A stretch of 64,000 nucleotides of DNA from an uncultured Balneolaceae bacterium (GCA_963974345.1 CAXBBW010000018.1:2369-66368); one strand, 5' to 3'; positions 1 through 10,696 are shown, counted from the stretch's first letter. Numbers and translations: made by a program. Notes: generated from the sequence alone by a model not told the origin.

Positions 1-81
1 CCAAGGTGGCGGAACTGGTAGACGCGCGCGACTCAAACTCGCGTTCCTCACGGAGTAGGGGTTCGATTCCCCTCCTTGGTA
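1..81 (+). tRNA. tRNA-Leu (anticodon CAA); first acceptor base cut off by the window edge
   Basis: Cloverleaf readable: acceptor CCAAGG/CCTTGG; anticodon stem CGCGA/TCGCG with loop CTCAAAC (CAA at 34-36); long variable arm TCC-TCAC-GGA typical of class II tRNA; T arm AGGGG-TTCGATT-CCCCT; discriminator A at 81; no encoded CCA. Confidence 0.85.
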
Positions 82-86
82 CTAAG

Positions 87-122
87 AGCCTTCTTAATCT
101 TATGATTTTGAAGGCTTTTTTA
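87..122 (+). terminator. Hairpin plus T-run after the tRNA, abutting the stop codon of the convergent nuclease gene
   Basis: AGCCTTC (87-93) pairs with GAAGGCT (110-116), followed by TTTTTTA. The stop of the minus-strand ORF is at 120-122. Confidence 0.55.
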
Positions 123-1217
123 TTTAAGTAAGAGCATTTTTATAGATTGGATTGAAGTGGGAGTTGTTAACACCGCATAATAAATTCCACTTGAAAACCC
201 TGTTGCATTCCAAACAGCCGAGTTTTCACCAGAATTTTTAATCTGATCTTGGATTAGCACAGCAACTTGTCGACCTAACATATCAAATACTTCTAACCTA
301 ACTTTAGAAGAAGTAGGTAAATCAAAACTAATTCTTGTACTTGGATTAAATGGATTTGGATAATTTTGTTTGAGAGATATTTTCTTAATAGAACCTGCAA
401 TAAATTCATTATTGACTTGAGAAGGTTCAACATAAAAATAAGCTCTTCTAACCAGAGAACTATCATGAATAAAAGGGTTTTTATTCCCTTGAACTTCTTC
501 CACTGCAATACTCCTTGCAATTTCATGATCATCTGCAGGGTCTAATTTATGCCATGCAAAAAGAGTATTTTTCATTACGTCAAAAAAAGCTTCATTATCA
601 AATTCATCTTGAATTATATCTGTGTTGGATTGATACATTGTCCAAAAGTAAAACATAGCGCGAGCTGCATTTCCTTTATGGTCTTCTCTTGGCTCGAATG
701 TTGAATTATAATACTCACTATACTCATTGACATTTGAGTTTGGTAAACTTGCTACGCTGCTTCCATTCTTCCAGTACCACCATGAAGTGGTCAAATTATC
801 ATTAATTTCGGCATAAGGATGATTTCCTCTTGAAGAATTTGGTGAACTCCATACTGGAAAAAGATGGTGAATATCACCTCTCATTGGCTCTGAACTGTCA
901 TAAAAACTTTGGGGCCAAGAATGTTCAGTATTAAAACTCAAAGATCCATTACTTGGAGTTCTAGTTCCATCCTTTTTGGCTCGAAGACCCGTATATACAC
1001 CTGTTAGACTATCTGATTCATCAACATCTAGATAGTCGTACATAATATCTCGTGCAGCATCATACCTTTTTGGAGTTGTTGGGTAAAAGCTTTCTCTTAA
1101 AAACTGAATAAGTTCTTCTTCAATTAAATCTGTTCCAATAGAATTATTTTGAGCCTTACTTTCTCCAGAACTAATTAATAAAATAACTAGAACTACTATT
1201 ATTTTTTTTGCCATCAA
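120..1217 (-). CDS. Secreted endonuclease I family nuclease with T9SS C-terminal sorting domain
   Basis: Signal peptide MMAKKIIVVLVILLISSGESKAQ. Endonuclease I-like motifs FNTEHSWPQS, GDIHHLFP, SSRGNHPY. C-terminal LKQNYPNPFNPSTRISFDLP...GIYYAVL...KMLLLK. Confidence 0.75.
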   Translation of the reverse strand: MMAKKIIVVLVILLISSGESKAQNNSIGTDLIEEELIQFLRESFYPTTPKRYDAARDIMYDYLDVDESDSLTGVYTGLRAKKDGTRTPSNGSLSFNTEHSWPQSFYDSSEPMRGDIHHLFPVWSSPNSSRGNHPYAEINDNLTTSWWYWKNGSSVASLPNSNVNEYSEYYNSTFEPREDHKGNAARAMFYFWTMYQSNTDIIQDEFDNEAFFDVMKNTLFAWHKLDPADDHEIARSIAVEEVQGNKNPFIHDSSLVRRAYFYVEPSQVNNEFIAGSIKKISLKQNYPNPFNPSTRISFDLPTSSKVRLEVFDMLGRQVAVLIQDQIKNSGENSAVWNATGFSSGIYYAVLTTPTSIQSIKMLLLK

Positions 1218-1482
1218 ATGCCTTATAAGATCAATGTCCTTTTAAACATCAGATTAAGGCTCTAATATTATCGAACTTCGGTATTTATAAGATAGATGAG
1301 TTAAATCAAGTAAAATAACATCTAGTCACAGCACAAGAATTACATAAAACTTATTAATTAATAGTGCTGTATCATCAACTATATATAAAATTGTAAGAAG
1401 CTAACTTATAGCTAAGATTATTCACTTTAAGAATGAGAATAAATCCCTTTCCAAAAACAGATTTTCATTTATTTTTTACATT

Positions 1483-4047
1483 TTAAAAACTAATCCCAAT
1501 ACTGTCATTCGTTTCACTTTGATAAATAGAGATATGAGTATGATAAACTTCATTTTCTAATTCTGTACTCCAACTACTTACATCATTTTCATTTTGGGTA
1601 ATTTTAGTTGGTTTAACTTTTGATTGTATAGTTAAATTCACTGAATGACCGATAAAACTATTAACATTAAGCTCTAAATCGTTTTTTGAATATAAAACTG
1701 AATTAACACTCGCATTTATCCTTGTGAGCATAGGTTGAGTAATTCCCCCCATAATAATGTCAATCTCATTATTGCCGGGTTGAATAATTTTTGGAAGAAC
1801 TAAGCTATTTAAAGGTTTACCATTTACCGAAATGCTTTTAACGTATTCCCCTTCTCCTTTCAGATGCACCAAATATTTTTTTCCTGAATGAGTGAGACTG
1901 AAATCAACGTCTGTGATTTCTTTATTCAAATACGGATCAAACCGCACGTTCCATTCCGTTTCTTTGATTCCGAATAAATTGTACAAACTGTATAGGTACC
2001 AGCCGGCTGCCCAAGTAAACTGGGGCTTATCAATTTTGCCGTAGACCGACGCATCATCTTTATTACTTACTCTATACTCATACATTGCAGGTTGGCCGTT
2101 AGGACTGTTAATTGCCCCGTCTACCGTCATTACATCTTTGATAAAGCCTAGTGCTTGTTCTTTATTTCCTGCTTCTATCAATGAAAGCGCATACCAAGAA
2201 TTTCCATGAGGCCAGATTCCTCCATTAATGTAATAAAACGGATCTCCCGCTTCGTTGCCTTCCAGCTTCAGATATTCTATCAAATTCTGAAAATTCATTG
2301 GATAAACAGTATACACTCCAATCTTGGGGTCAACAATCTTTGAAGCAGCTGTTTCGGTAAGTTTAGCTTTTCGCTCATCACTCAATACATCATAATGACT
2401 TCCTAATAACGAGCCGATATAATAATGTTCATCGAGCGTACCATCTTCGAAGTAATTGATCAGATATTCCTGGTCTTCACTCCACAATTGTTCATTCAAT
2501 GCTTCTTGCATGGTTTTGATTTCTTCTTCCCATTCTACTAAAAGCTCCTCGTTTTCTCCAAGCTGACTTGATATATAAACATATTCCCGTAGTGCTTTTA
2601 TAGCGAGAATGGTTGTATAGGAACGTGGTCCTAGATTCCGAGCTATATCCCACCAGTCAGGTCGGTAAGAATAGATGATGTCGTTTTGTTTGTGAATTTT
2701 GAAATCATGAACACTTTTTGAGAGGTATGGATACATTTCCTTGAGAAACTCAGCGTCACCTGAATGGCGGAGATAGCTTCCTGCCACAATCACAAACCAG
2801 AAGTGATTCCAGTTGTCTGGTGGGGCTATTTCAGTTGCGAATTTATCATCCTTCCAATAGTAAGCGTGAGGAATTACAAAATTAGAATCGGCATGTTCGA
2901 GTATGAATTCTAGATCATGTTTTACTCTCGGGACATCAAAATTGATGGCTGCCAGATCGGTAAGTAATACATCATGCGTAAAATAGAAATTATACTCAGC
3001 AGGACATGGCATCGGTTGAAGACTTCCATCAATATAATGGCGGTTCACATCTAAAATACTATTTGCCCAAAGTACAGAATGATCTAAGACTGAATCTCCT
3101 GTCACAAATACGTTAGAGTTCACATAATCCAATACTTGTTTCTCATAAGCATCAGCTTCATCCTGAGCCGTATTCAAAAGTTTAGAAACTAAATCTCTTC
3201 CCTCACCCTCTTTAGTTGCCCCAATAATTTGAACAATTTTTACTTCCTCGCCTGAAGTCAATCTGGTTTTATATAAATATCTGATCGCAGGGGTTTGTTG
3301 GTTTGATTCAGCAGCTGTTTCATTCTCAAGATCGGTTTTAATTCCTTCCCACCATTTTTCTGATGCAGGAAGGCTATCAAGTTCACTAACCGAGCTATAT
3401 GCAACGGGTTGTAATCCACTGTTCGTAGCAAAGAGCTGCACATTTTGAGTCTCTTCTTCTTCAAAGTTGATATAGATTGAGTTTCCCTTTTTTTCGAATT
3501 CAGTCCATGCTTTATCTTTCGTAGCATAAGTATGGCTTGTTCTCAGACTGGCTTCAAGGTCGGTATAAAGTTCAAAGAACTCAGAACCATTACCTGTGTT
3601 CTTTAGGGTATAAGTGATGATTACCACCGGACTATCTTTCGAAAATTGATAGTTTATTGCGATCTCATGATTCTCTTCTTTTTTTAAATAGCTTACTTCA
3701 TACGGAGTAAGCTCCATTTCAAAGGGTTCGAAACCGACCCACTTATTTTCTTGGTTTCCGATTTTTAGGCCCAATACCATTGCAAAAGATTCGTCTCTTG
3801 TCCAGTAATCAGTACTTAAATCGATGCTATTAGCAACCGGATAGTAGAAACTTATTCGTTGAGGAAGCGGTGAACTTTGATGGAATTCCAATCCCACAAA
3901 AGGACTTCCAACTTCAACTGAAGCATCTCCATCAAAATGTACAGACAGTTCTTTTTTGAGTAATTCGTTTTTATCGGACTTACAATTTGTTAATAGGACA
4001 CATAGAAATAGTAAAAAGAAAACTGGGTAAACTTTTTTAATACTCAT
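1483..4047 (-). CDS. Lipoprotein with a C-terminal (alpha/alpha)6-barrel-like glycoside hydrolase domain (GDE_C/GH63/GH15-clan-like); family not resolved
   Basis: Lipobox LLTNC at the N-terminus. The W/Y/G-rich C-terminal half (INGGIWPHGNSWYALSLIEAGN, FTWAAGWYLYS) resembles barrel glycosidases. 4-nt ATGA overlap with the upstream GH130 gene. Confidence 0.4.
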   Translation of the reverse strand: MSIKKVYPVFFLLFLCVLLTNCKSDKNELLKKELSVHFDGDASVEVGSPFVGLEFHQSSPLPQRISFYYPVANSIDLSTDYWTRDESFAMVLGLKIGNQENKWVGFEPFEMELTPYEVSYLKKEENHEIAINYQFSKDSPVVIITYTLKNTGNGSEFFELYTDLEASLRTSHTYATKDKAWTEFEKKGNSIYINFEEEETQNVQLFATNSGLQPVAYSSVSELDSLPASEKWWEGIKTDLENETAAESNQQTPAIRYLYKTRLTSGEEVKIVQIIGATKEGEGRDLVSKLLNTAQDEADAYEKQVLDYVNSNVFVTGDSVLDHSVLWANSILDVNRHYIDGSLQPMPCPAEYNFYFTHDVLLTDLAAINFDVPRVKHDLEFILEHADSNFVIPHAYYWKDDKFATEIAPPDNWNHFWFVIVAGSYLRHSGDAEFLKEMYPYLSKSVHDFKIHKQNDIIYSYRPDWWDIARNLGPRSYTTILAIKALREYVYISSQLGENEELLVEWEEEIKTMQEALNEQLWSEDQEYLINYFEDGTLDEHYYIGSLLGSHYDVLSDERKAKLTETAASKIVDPKIGVYTVYPMNFQNLIEYLKLEGNEAGDPFYYINGGIWPHGNSWYALSLIEAGNKEQALGFIKDVMTVDGAINSPNGQPAMYEYRVSNKDDASVYGKIDKPQFTWAAGWYLYSLYNLFGIKETEWNVRFDPYLNKEITDVDFSLTHSGKKYLVHLKGEGEYVKSISVNGKPLNSLVLPKIIQPGNNEIDIIMGGITQPMLTRINASVNSVLYSKNDLELNVNSFIGHSVNLTIQSKVKPTKITQNENDVSSWSTELENEVYHTHISIYQSETNDSIGISF

Positions 4048-5171
4048 AAATGTCCTAATTCATTGAGTAACGACTTTAAGTTAATCCTTGCACCAAAAAT
4101 ACGACTATCAGCTCCAGCATAAGGTAATATCAAGTCATCATTCCATTGATAATTCGCACAAATGAATAACACATTATCTACTCCTAGGCTTTCATCACCC
4201 TTTTGCTCTTCTGATCCTGTAGGTCTCATAAGTGGCTCGATTCGTTTTTCAGGTTTACATTTTCCTTCTTCTGAAAAATCTAGAATGGTTACTGCCAAAT
4301 CGTATTCCCGATTGCGATCAGGCAAATAATGTCCTTGATGGTAAATAGTTAAAAACCGATTATTACCAAGAGATATAGGTGGACCACCTGCTCCAATCCA
4401 GGACTCACTAAACTCCTCATAACGGTAACTAGCCATGATCATCCCTTTGGTTTCCCAAGGTCCATGCAGACTTTCAGAAGTAGCCCAGTGAAGAGCTTTT
4501 GGATTTTCCCCCTGCATTGGGCGATGCAACAACACCCATTTTCCATGAACCTGTTTCGGTAGTAATACCGCGTTCTTGTTGTCTACATCATTAAGGTTTC
4601 CTGAAATTGGCCCTTTTAACTCCCAATTGATGAAATCTTTAGTAGTTGCCAGACAAATATGAACTTTGTTCCGATCTTCTGATTTGTTGTAATAATATCC
4701 GGTATAAAAAAAGTAATAGGTTCCATTTATATAGGTACACCGTCCATCTTCAACACCTAAATTATGATAAGCTTCATCTGGAGAAATAGCTGGGGTTTCC
4801 TTTCTCCAAACCAGTTCAAGAGTTGGAGTAAAAACTGCTAACCCTGCTGATGAAGGAGCCAATCCCTTTTTGGGATCAACCTCGCCTTGTGCACGATATA
4901 ACATTACCGTTGCTCCACCCATTTCCAATAATTTTTTCTGTTCATCTGAATCCAATCCCCAGGCAACCATTAATGGACCTAATTTTTCTAAATCATCAAT
5001 AAGAACAGCAGCAGGATTCAATACTACTTTAGATTCCCAATGTGAATCTTGTTTGGGTACCAAAACAGGCATTCCTTCATTCATTCTTGTAATTTTCAGA
5101 GAATGATTGATTTCAATACTTCTCTCCAGAGCTTGTTCATACATTGGTGTTGCGTCTTTCAAATGTGGCAT
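4044..5171 (-). CDS. GH130 family beta-mannoside phosphorylase/glycosidase (cytoplasmic)
   Basis: No signal peptide. GH130-like blocks VVLNPAAV, GVEDGRCTYINGTYYFFYTGY, KNAVLLPKQVHGKWVLLHRP, IGAGGPP, YAGADSRI. Confidence 0.7.
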   Translation of the reverse strand: MPHLKDATPMYEQALERSIEINHSLKITRMNEGMPVLVPKQDSHWESKVVLNPAAVLIDDLEKLGPLMVAWGLDSDEQKKLLEMGGATVMLYRAQGEVDPKKGLAPSSAGLAVFTPTLELVWRKETPAISPDEAYHNLGVEDGRCTYINGTYYFFYTGYYYNKSEDRNKVHICLATTKDFINWELKGPISGNLNDVDNKNAVLLPKQVHGKWVLLHRPMQGENPKALHWATSESLHGPWETKGMIMASYRYEEFSESWIGAGGPPISLGNNRFLTIYHQGHYLPDRNREYDLAVTILDFSEEGKCKPEKRIEPLMRPTGSEEQKGDESLGVDNVLFICANYQWNDDLILPYAGADSRIFGARINLKSLLNELGHL

Positions 5172-5186
5172 TAAATCGAAATATTT

Positions 5187-6194
5187 TTATGAATTAGTTT
5201 TGTTTTGAAGCATCCAATCAAGCACATCCTGTAAAGGGGCTTGTGCATGACCAATTACGGAGTCGGCTGCGCCATAATACACGTGAAGTGTTTCCCCGAT
5301 TACGACAGCACCTTCCGGAAAAACCACATTATTCACATCACCGAAAAGTTCAAAGTCTAGCTCAGGCTCTAAAAGTGGAATTGGACTTTTTGCTATCACT
5401 TTTTCCGGATTTTCTAAGTCTAATAATGCCATACCCATTCTATACACATGGTTGTTATCCACCCCATGATAAATAAGTAACCAACCTTCATCCGTTTCAA
5501 TTGGAGTAGGACCAGCTCCAATTTTCAGATTTTCCCATTCAAATTCAGGACGCATTACGGTATGATCTTCCAGATTTTCTAAATGATGTTCCCAAAATCC
5601 CTCTTCAGGATTATGAAACTCCTGGATTGAATCGAGATAGATAATCTGAATATTAGGAACCACACGATGAAGCATGGCAATTTTACCGTTTATTCGTTTT
5701 GGGAAAATAACAGCATCTTTATCTCTTAGGTCTACTGGACCTGCAATACCGTTTTTTTCGATAGTTTTAAAATCGTAAGTAATTGCCAGACCAATTCTAA
5801 CTCCGTTTACCTCATCAAATGCATGACGTTGAAGAGCGGTATAGGTAATCAAATATTGACCGTCAAGTTTCGATATTCTGGGATCTTCTGATCCAAATTT
5901 ATTGAACCAATCATCGGTTCCAATAAAAGGTTCTTCCCTCCAATCGAAATGAATTCCGTCTTTACTCGAAGCATAACCGATGTACGAAATATATTTCTCG
6001 TCGAAACCAGTGTCTGGTTCTCCAGGTTGAACATTTTTCAACTTTATTCGTTCATAACCTTTTGGAATTGCCCTGAAAAGTAAATGGACTAACTCTCCGT
6101 CGTAAAAAGCACCGGGATTAAATACAGCTCCACTTGCCCACTCTATATCCTTTCTCGGTGCGAGTAAGGGAGTTTTTGTTTTTTTAAACAACAT
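5187..6194 (-). CDS. GH130 family beta-mannoside phosphorylase (cytoplasmic)
   Basis: No signal peptide. GAVFNPGAFYDGELVHLLFRA, GSEDPRISKLDGQYLITYTA, DKDAVIFPKRINGKIAMLHR, IGAGPTPIETDEGWLLIYHGV, YYGAADSVIG are typical GH130 blocks. Confidence 0.8.
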   Translation of the reverse strand: MLFKKTKTPLLAPRKDIEWASGAVFNPGAFYDGELVHLLFRAIPKGYERIKLKNVQPGEPDTGFDEKYISYIGYASSKDGIHFDWREEPFIGTDDWFNKFGSEDPRISKLDGQYLITYTALQRHAFDEVNGVRIGLAITYDFKTIEKNGIAGPVDLRDKDAVIFPKRINGKIAMLHRVVPNIQIIYLDSIQEFHNPEEGFWEHHLENLEDHTVMRPEFEWENLKIGAGPTPIETDEGWLLIYHGVDNNHVYRMGMALLDLENPEKVIAKSPIPLLEPELDFELFGDVNNVVFPEGAVVIGETLHVYYGAADSVIGHAQAPLQDVLDWMLQNKTNS

Positions 6195-6214
6195 AAATTT
6201 TAATTGCCCCGATG

Positions 6215-7666
6215 TTAGTTTTGATTAAGTAAAGTATTCAGTTCTGTTTCGGTAATAATTCTTGATGTAGAATCAGTAAGATTTAGAAGTACAGCAATTT
6301 TCTCCGTCTCTTGATTCTGGTTGACCGTAAATACCCGATATTGATAGCTTTTTCCATCTTTTATCCAAATTAAGGGTTCTTCTGATTTTGCATAAAACCA
6401 TTTGTTTGAAAGGGTAAATTGTTCTACTTCAAGTACCGTAAAGTCAGCTTCAATTGTAGATTCAGCACCAGAATTTTTATTTACGTTGTTTTCGCTGTTT
6501 ATTCCATCATATCCGTAACCATGAAGGGAATTGTACATTTTGGTTTCTGCCACATTATTCCCATTGAGCCAACTTGCTAATAAACCGGCCATAATTGCAT
6601 AATCATCGTTTTGGGTGGCTTCATATAATCTAATCATTCCTACTGAAGCTGCTCGGGTTGCATAGGCTATTTGTTCAAAATCTCTTTTGTTTGATGGATT
6701 TTGAAGATCGAAAGAATGAAACCAACCATTTACAAGTAGCATTGGGAAAAAGTTCTCGGCTTCAATTACTGCACTTTCTAGTTTTCCTGCTTCTGCTAAT
6801 GCCATTGTTTGAGAATTTCCCCAGCCATGCCAACCACCTTCCCAGGAAAGATGTGCACCATATGGAGCATTTGTAAGATCACCATATTGAAGCATTGCTA
6901 TACCTTCACTAAACTTATTAATTGCATCGTCATATTTCCCGTTTGATGAAACTTTAGATGCGGCAACCAATCCCAATAGTAATTCACTTGTAGCATCAGA
7001 GCCTGTTTCTCCTATCAACCATGTTGGCATTTCGAATCCATTTACTATTTTTGTTTTCGGGTATGCTTCAAGTACTTCATTTATGTGAGGAAGTATTTTA
7101 TCAACCGAAAGAAGACTCATATTTGCAAAAGAAGAATCATATTCTGCAAGAACTCTTGCACCGGTTCCTAATGCCCACACTGCTCTTCCTGCCCACCAAT
7201 TTACTTCATTCGCCACACTATTTTTATGCGTTGTGTTTTTCCTGAGTGAATTATCCCAAACAAAATTGTGAAATAAGCCATCTTCTGTTTGCATATACAT
7301 TACAAACCGTAATAATTCTTTCGCTTTTTCCGCTGATTCTTCGTTTCCGGTGAGTTCAAAATGCCGTAAGTAAACTACTGCTGCCCTTGCCGCATCATCA
7401 ACACAGGCTTCTCCTTCGTCGTCATCTCCAACCCAGTTATAGTCGGGGGCATCTGCATATATGTGTATAATTCGAAGATCCTCACCTCCATAACTAACTA
7501 CTTCGCTTAGATAATCAAGATGACTAAGATTTAATATGGAAGAAGCAGGGTCCTCCTTTCCTCCGCTTTCTTTACAACTCGCTAATATCATTAGGCAAAG
7601 GATCATAGAAACATAAAGTGTTCTTTTTTTGTATGGATGGATATTCATTGTAGAGTTTCTGTTCAT
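6215..7666 (-). CDS. Lipoprotein of unknown function in the glycan operon (possibly a helical-barrel glycan-active protein)
   Basis: Lipobox ILASC. Start overlaps the permease stop by 1 nt (TAATG). No motif I can assign. Confidence 0.3.
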   Translation of the reverse strand: MNRNSTMNIHPYKKRTLYVSMILCLMILASCKESGGKEDPASSILNLSHLDYLSEVVSYGGEDLRIIHIYADAPDYNWVGDDDEGEACVDDAARAAVVYLRHFELTGNEESAEKAKELLRFVMYMQTEDGLFHNFVWDNSLRKNTTHKNSVANEVNWWAGRAVWALGTGARVLAEYDSSFANMSLLSVDKILPHINEVLEAYPKTKIVNGFEMPTWLIGETGSDATSELLLGLVAASKVSSNGKYDDAINKFSEGIAMLQYGDLTNAPYGAHLSWEGGWHGWGNSQTMALAEAGKLESAVIEAENFFPMLLVNGWFHSFDLQNPSNKRDFEQIAYATRAASVGMIRLYEATQNDDYAIMAGLLASWLNGNNVAETKMYNSLHGYGYDGINSENNVNKNSGAESTIEADFTVLEVEQFTLSNKWFYAKSEEPLIWIKDGKSYQYRVFTVNQNQETEKIAVLLNLTDSTSRIITETELNTLLNQN

Positions 7667-8475
7667 TAACTTTTTAGACCTGAAGAGGCCATACTTTTGA
7701 TAAAATGTTTCTGGAAAATTAAATAAGCGATGATTACCGGAAGCGCCAATAAGAAAGCAGATGCTAACTGCGCCCCAATACTTGAATCTGACCCGCCACC
7801 TACGGCAAATAGTGCAACCATCTGGGGCATAGTCATTAAGCTTTGTTCACGAATCACAATAAGTGGCCAAAGCACCTCGTTCCAATTAGCTACAAAGGTC
7901 AGGATGGCAACAGTAACCACTACGGGTTTTGAAAGTGGTAAAATGATTCGGAATAATATCCCAAGTTCACTGCAACCATCTAATCTGGCAGCATCAACTA
8001 AATCCTGAGGTATAGTCAAAAAACTTTGGCGAAAAAGAAGAATAGAAAAAGCAGTGACCATAGTCGGAACAATTAGACCTGCAAGATGATCTGTTAACCC
8101 AAATTTTACAATCAAAATGTAGGTTGGAATTAGTGTAATTTGAAACGGAATCATCATTGTAAGCAGACTCAAAGAAAACATAAAGTCTCTTCCCTTCCAT
8201 TTGAGTCTTGAAAATGCATATCCTGTTATTGAGCCAAACAGAGTAACTGATATTGTAACCAGACTTGTCACAATCAAACTGTTTAAAAATCCCTTTGCAA
8301 TCGGGATGCGATCAAAAACGAGTATATAATTTTGCCATGTCCATATTTCAGGTAATAGTTCAATATTTCCTATTTCACCATCAGGCTTAAAAGTGCTGAA
8401 AAACATCCATATAAAGGGATAAGCAAAAACAATAGCACCGATAATAAGAGCTGAATATAGTAGCGTTTTTTTCAT
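7666..8475 (-). CDS. Carbohydrate ABC transporter permease (MalG-like)
   Basis: Six-TM pattern and EAA-like loop DAARLDGCSELGILFRIILPLSKP. I prefer the ATG at 8475 (MKKTLLYS...), 1 nt after the upstream stop, over the TTG at 8499. Confidence 0.85.
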   Translation of the reverse strand: MKKTLLYSALIIGAIVFAYPFIWMFFSTFKPDGEIGNIELLPEIWTWQNYILVFDRIPIAKGFLNSLIVTSLVTISVTLFGSITGYAFSRLKWKGRDFMFSLSLLTMMIPFQITLIPTYILIVKFGLTDHLAGLIVPTMVTAFSILLFRQSFLTIPQDLVDAARLDGCSELGILFRIILPLSKPVVVTVAILTFVANWNEVLWPLIVIREQSLMTMPQMVALFAVGGGSDSSIGAQLASAFLLALPVIIAYLIFQKHFIKSMASSGLKS

Positions 8476-8476
8476 T

Positions 8477-9346
8477 TTAGTACACCTCCGTTTCAACAAA
8501 TTTCCGTTGAATTTTCACTACTGTAAAGATGATTACCGCAAAAAATAGTCCCATTGTTGAAGCATAGCCCATGTGACCGAAATTAAATGCCTGATTATAG
8601 ATATAAAGTACTGCCGATAATGTGGAATTCATTGGACCACCACCGGTCATTACATAAGGTTCTATAAATAGTGAAAATCCTCCAATAACGGATAAAACAA
8701 TTACGGTAACAATAGTTGGGTTCAACATTGGTAAAGTGATATAGAAAAAGCGTTGAGTGGTACTGGCACCTTCCAACTCTGCTGCTTCATACAATTCAGC
8801 GGGAATACTTTGTAAACCTCCCATAAACAAAATCACATATAAACCCACATTTTTCCAAGTAGCCATAAAAGCGATGGAAGGCATTGCCCAATTTTCTGAA
8901 ACCAACCAGGGAATTTGCCCCATCCCGAATTTGTGAAGAAGTTGATTTAATAATCCAGTATCGTAATTGAATAGTTGCTGAAATAAAATGGTAACAACAA
9001 CTCCTGATACTACAACCGGTAAAAAATAAAGGGTTCTAAAGAAGCCTCTAGCTATGATTTTCTGGTTTAATAAATTGGCAAAGAACAGAGCCAAAATGAT
9101 CTGAAGTGGAATATGCAGGACTAAAAAGATGCCTGTGTTAATAATTGACTGTAAAAAAACTTCATCAGAAAAGACCCTAATAAAGTTTTTGAATCCAACA
9201 AATTCCATTGGAGTAACTACATCCCATCGATGAAAAACCAGAATCAATGAAAACACAACTGGATATACAAAAAACAAAGAGAGATGAGCCATATAAGGCA
9301 TACTCAACAAAAAGCCGGGTTTTATCATTTTAGAGAGTTTCTTCAT
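8477..9346 (-). CDS. Carbohydrate ABC transporter permease (MalF-like)
   Basis: Multi-TM pattern and EAA loop EAAELEGASTTQRFFYITLPML. Abuts the binding-protein gene. Confidence 0.85.
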   Translation of the reverse strand: MKKLSKMIKPGFLLSMPYMAHLSLFFVYPVVFSLILVFHRWDVVTPMEFVGFKNFIRVFSDEVFLQSIINTGIFLVLHIPLQIILALFFANLLNQKIIARGFFRTLYFLPVVVSGVVVTILFQQLFNYDTGLLNQLLHKFGMGQIPWLVSENWAMPSIAFMATWKNVGLYVILFMGGLQSIPAELYEAAELEGASTTQRFFYITLPMLNPTIVTVIVLSVIGGFSLFIEPYVMTGGGPMNSTLSAVLYIYNQAFNFGHMGYASTMGLFFAVIIFTVVKIQRKFVETEVY

Positions 9347-10672
9347 CTATTTATTCCACTCCCTCAAAATCTGAATGGCTTCAATCATTTCGAGTGTAGC
9401 CTCTTCCGGTGTCATTTTTCCATAAACAGAAGCTATTTCATAATACCGAGCAACAGAATCCAGGATTTCTTTAAAGTCACGAACGCTATCAACTCCTCTT
9501 GTAAAAGCTGCCTGTTCGGCAAAGCGCGCTAAACTCGGGTTTAGCTTAAAAAAATCTTTAAAGTCAGGATCGGTAAGTAATTCTTTTCTTATGGGTATCT
9601 GACTTGCAAACTCAAGAAGGCGATAATCTGCTTCTTTGCTGATTAGGAACTTTACAAAATCCCAGCTTTCCTGTGGGTATTTTGTATTTGAAAAAATGGC
9701 AATATTCTTGTGATCACCATAGGTATATGCTTCCCCTTCATAATCATCAGGAACCGGTAGAGGAGCGTAATCATATTCAAGAGATTCTGGTGCATTTTTC
9801 TCGAGAAAAGAAATATTCCAGGGCCCTGTAAATTCAACAGCAATTTTACTGTAGAGGAAAGCATTTCCTTGTAATGTAGATTGCGGGAAATAACCACCCT
9901 CATAAATCTCTTGGTAGAATTTAAATACTTTTTTTGATGCTTCTTCATCAATAGCCAATTCGCCTTTATCGAAAAATGTTTTACCGCCCGAAGCATTGAT
10001 ATAACTAGTGTAATAATCGTAATATCTTTGCCACCAAATCGGTCGGATATCTCTAAACCCCATCCATTGATCTACTCTTCCATCACCGTCAATATCTTTG
10101 GTAATTTTTGATGCGGCATCTAAAAACTCTGAATAAGTTCGTGGAAACTCATTAACTCCTGCATCTCTGAACATTTTGGCATTGTATTGTACCATAATAG
10201 GATTTGTTTTCCATGGTACCTGATAAGTATGCCCATCTTTAGCTTTCACACTTTCTAGAATATCTTCAGGAACCCGCTCGCCCATTACTTGATAGTAATC
10301 CTCAAAAGTATCGAGTGCTAACAAGCCTTTAGCTCGAATGAAATCGTTGGTAATCCCAGGCCAGATATTTGAACAAATATCCGGTGTAGTTCCGGCAACC
10401 ATCGCGGATAGCAAAACTTCTTCGCTCGACTGTCCTGCTGGTAATGCCTGTAGTTTAACCTGAACTACATGTCCTTTTGCATTCCATTCATCAACTAATT
10501 CCTTTGCTAAAGCAAATTCCTGAGGATTAGGAGATGACCAGTAAGTAATAGTTTTATTTCCATTCTCAGATTCCACGGTACTTTCATTGGAGTTATCGCA
10601 ACTAACACTGAATACAAGAAATAAACCTATCAGCCAGCTTGCTAGTACAGCAAAATCTTTATATTGAAGCAT
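9347..10672 (-). CDS. ABC transporter extracellular sugar-binding lipoprotein
   Basis: Lipobox VFSVSC. Family-1 solute-binding-protein-like length and composition. Located upstream of the two permeases. ATG at 10672 is preferred; the longest ORF begins at TTG 10696. Confidence 0.75.
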   Translation of the reverse strand: MLQYKDFAVLASWLIGLFLVFSVSCDNSNESTVESENGNKTITYWSSPNPQEFALAKELVDEWNAKGHVVQVKLQALPAGQSSEEVLLSAMVAGTTPDICSNIWPGITNDFIRAKGLLALDTFEDYYQVMGERVPEDILESVKAKDGHTYQVPWKTNPIMVQYNAKMFRDAGVNEFPRTYSEFLDAASKITKDIDGDGRVDQWMGFRDIRPIWWQRYYDYYTSYINASGGKTFFDKGELAIDEEASKKVFKFYQEIYEGGYFPQSTLQGNAFLYSKIAVEFTGPWNISFLEKNAPESLEYDYAPLPVPDDYEGEAYTYGDHKNIAIFSNTKYPQESWDFVKFLISKEADYRLLEFASQIPIRKELLTDPDFKDFFKLNPSLARFAEQAAFTRGVDSVRDFKEILDSVARYYEIASVYGKMTPEEATLEMIEAIQILREWNK

Positions 10673-10696
10673 TCTATGTACTGTATTAATACGCAA

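Noticed and set aside
1-1482. tRNA-adjacent genomic island or integrated element
   Set aside because: No integrase, no direct repeat of the tRNA 3' end and no phage or plasmid genes follow the tRNA. The next gene is an ordinary secreted nuclease.
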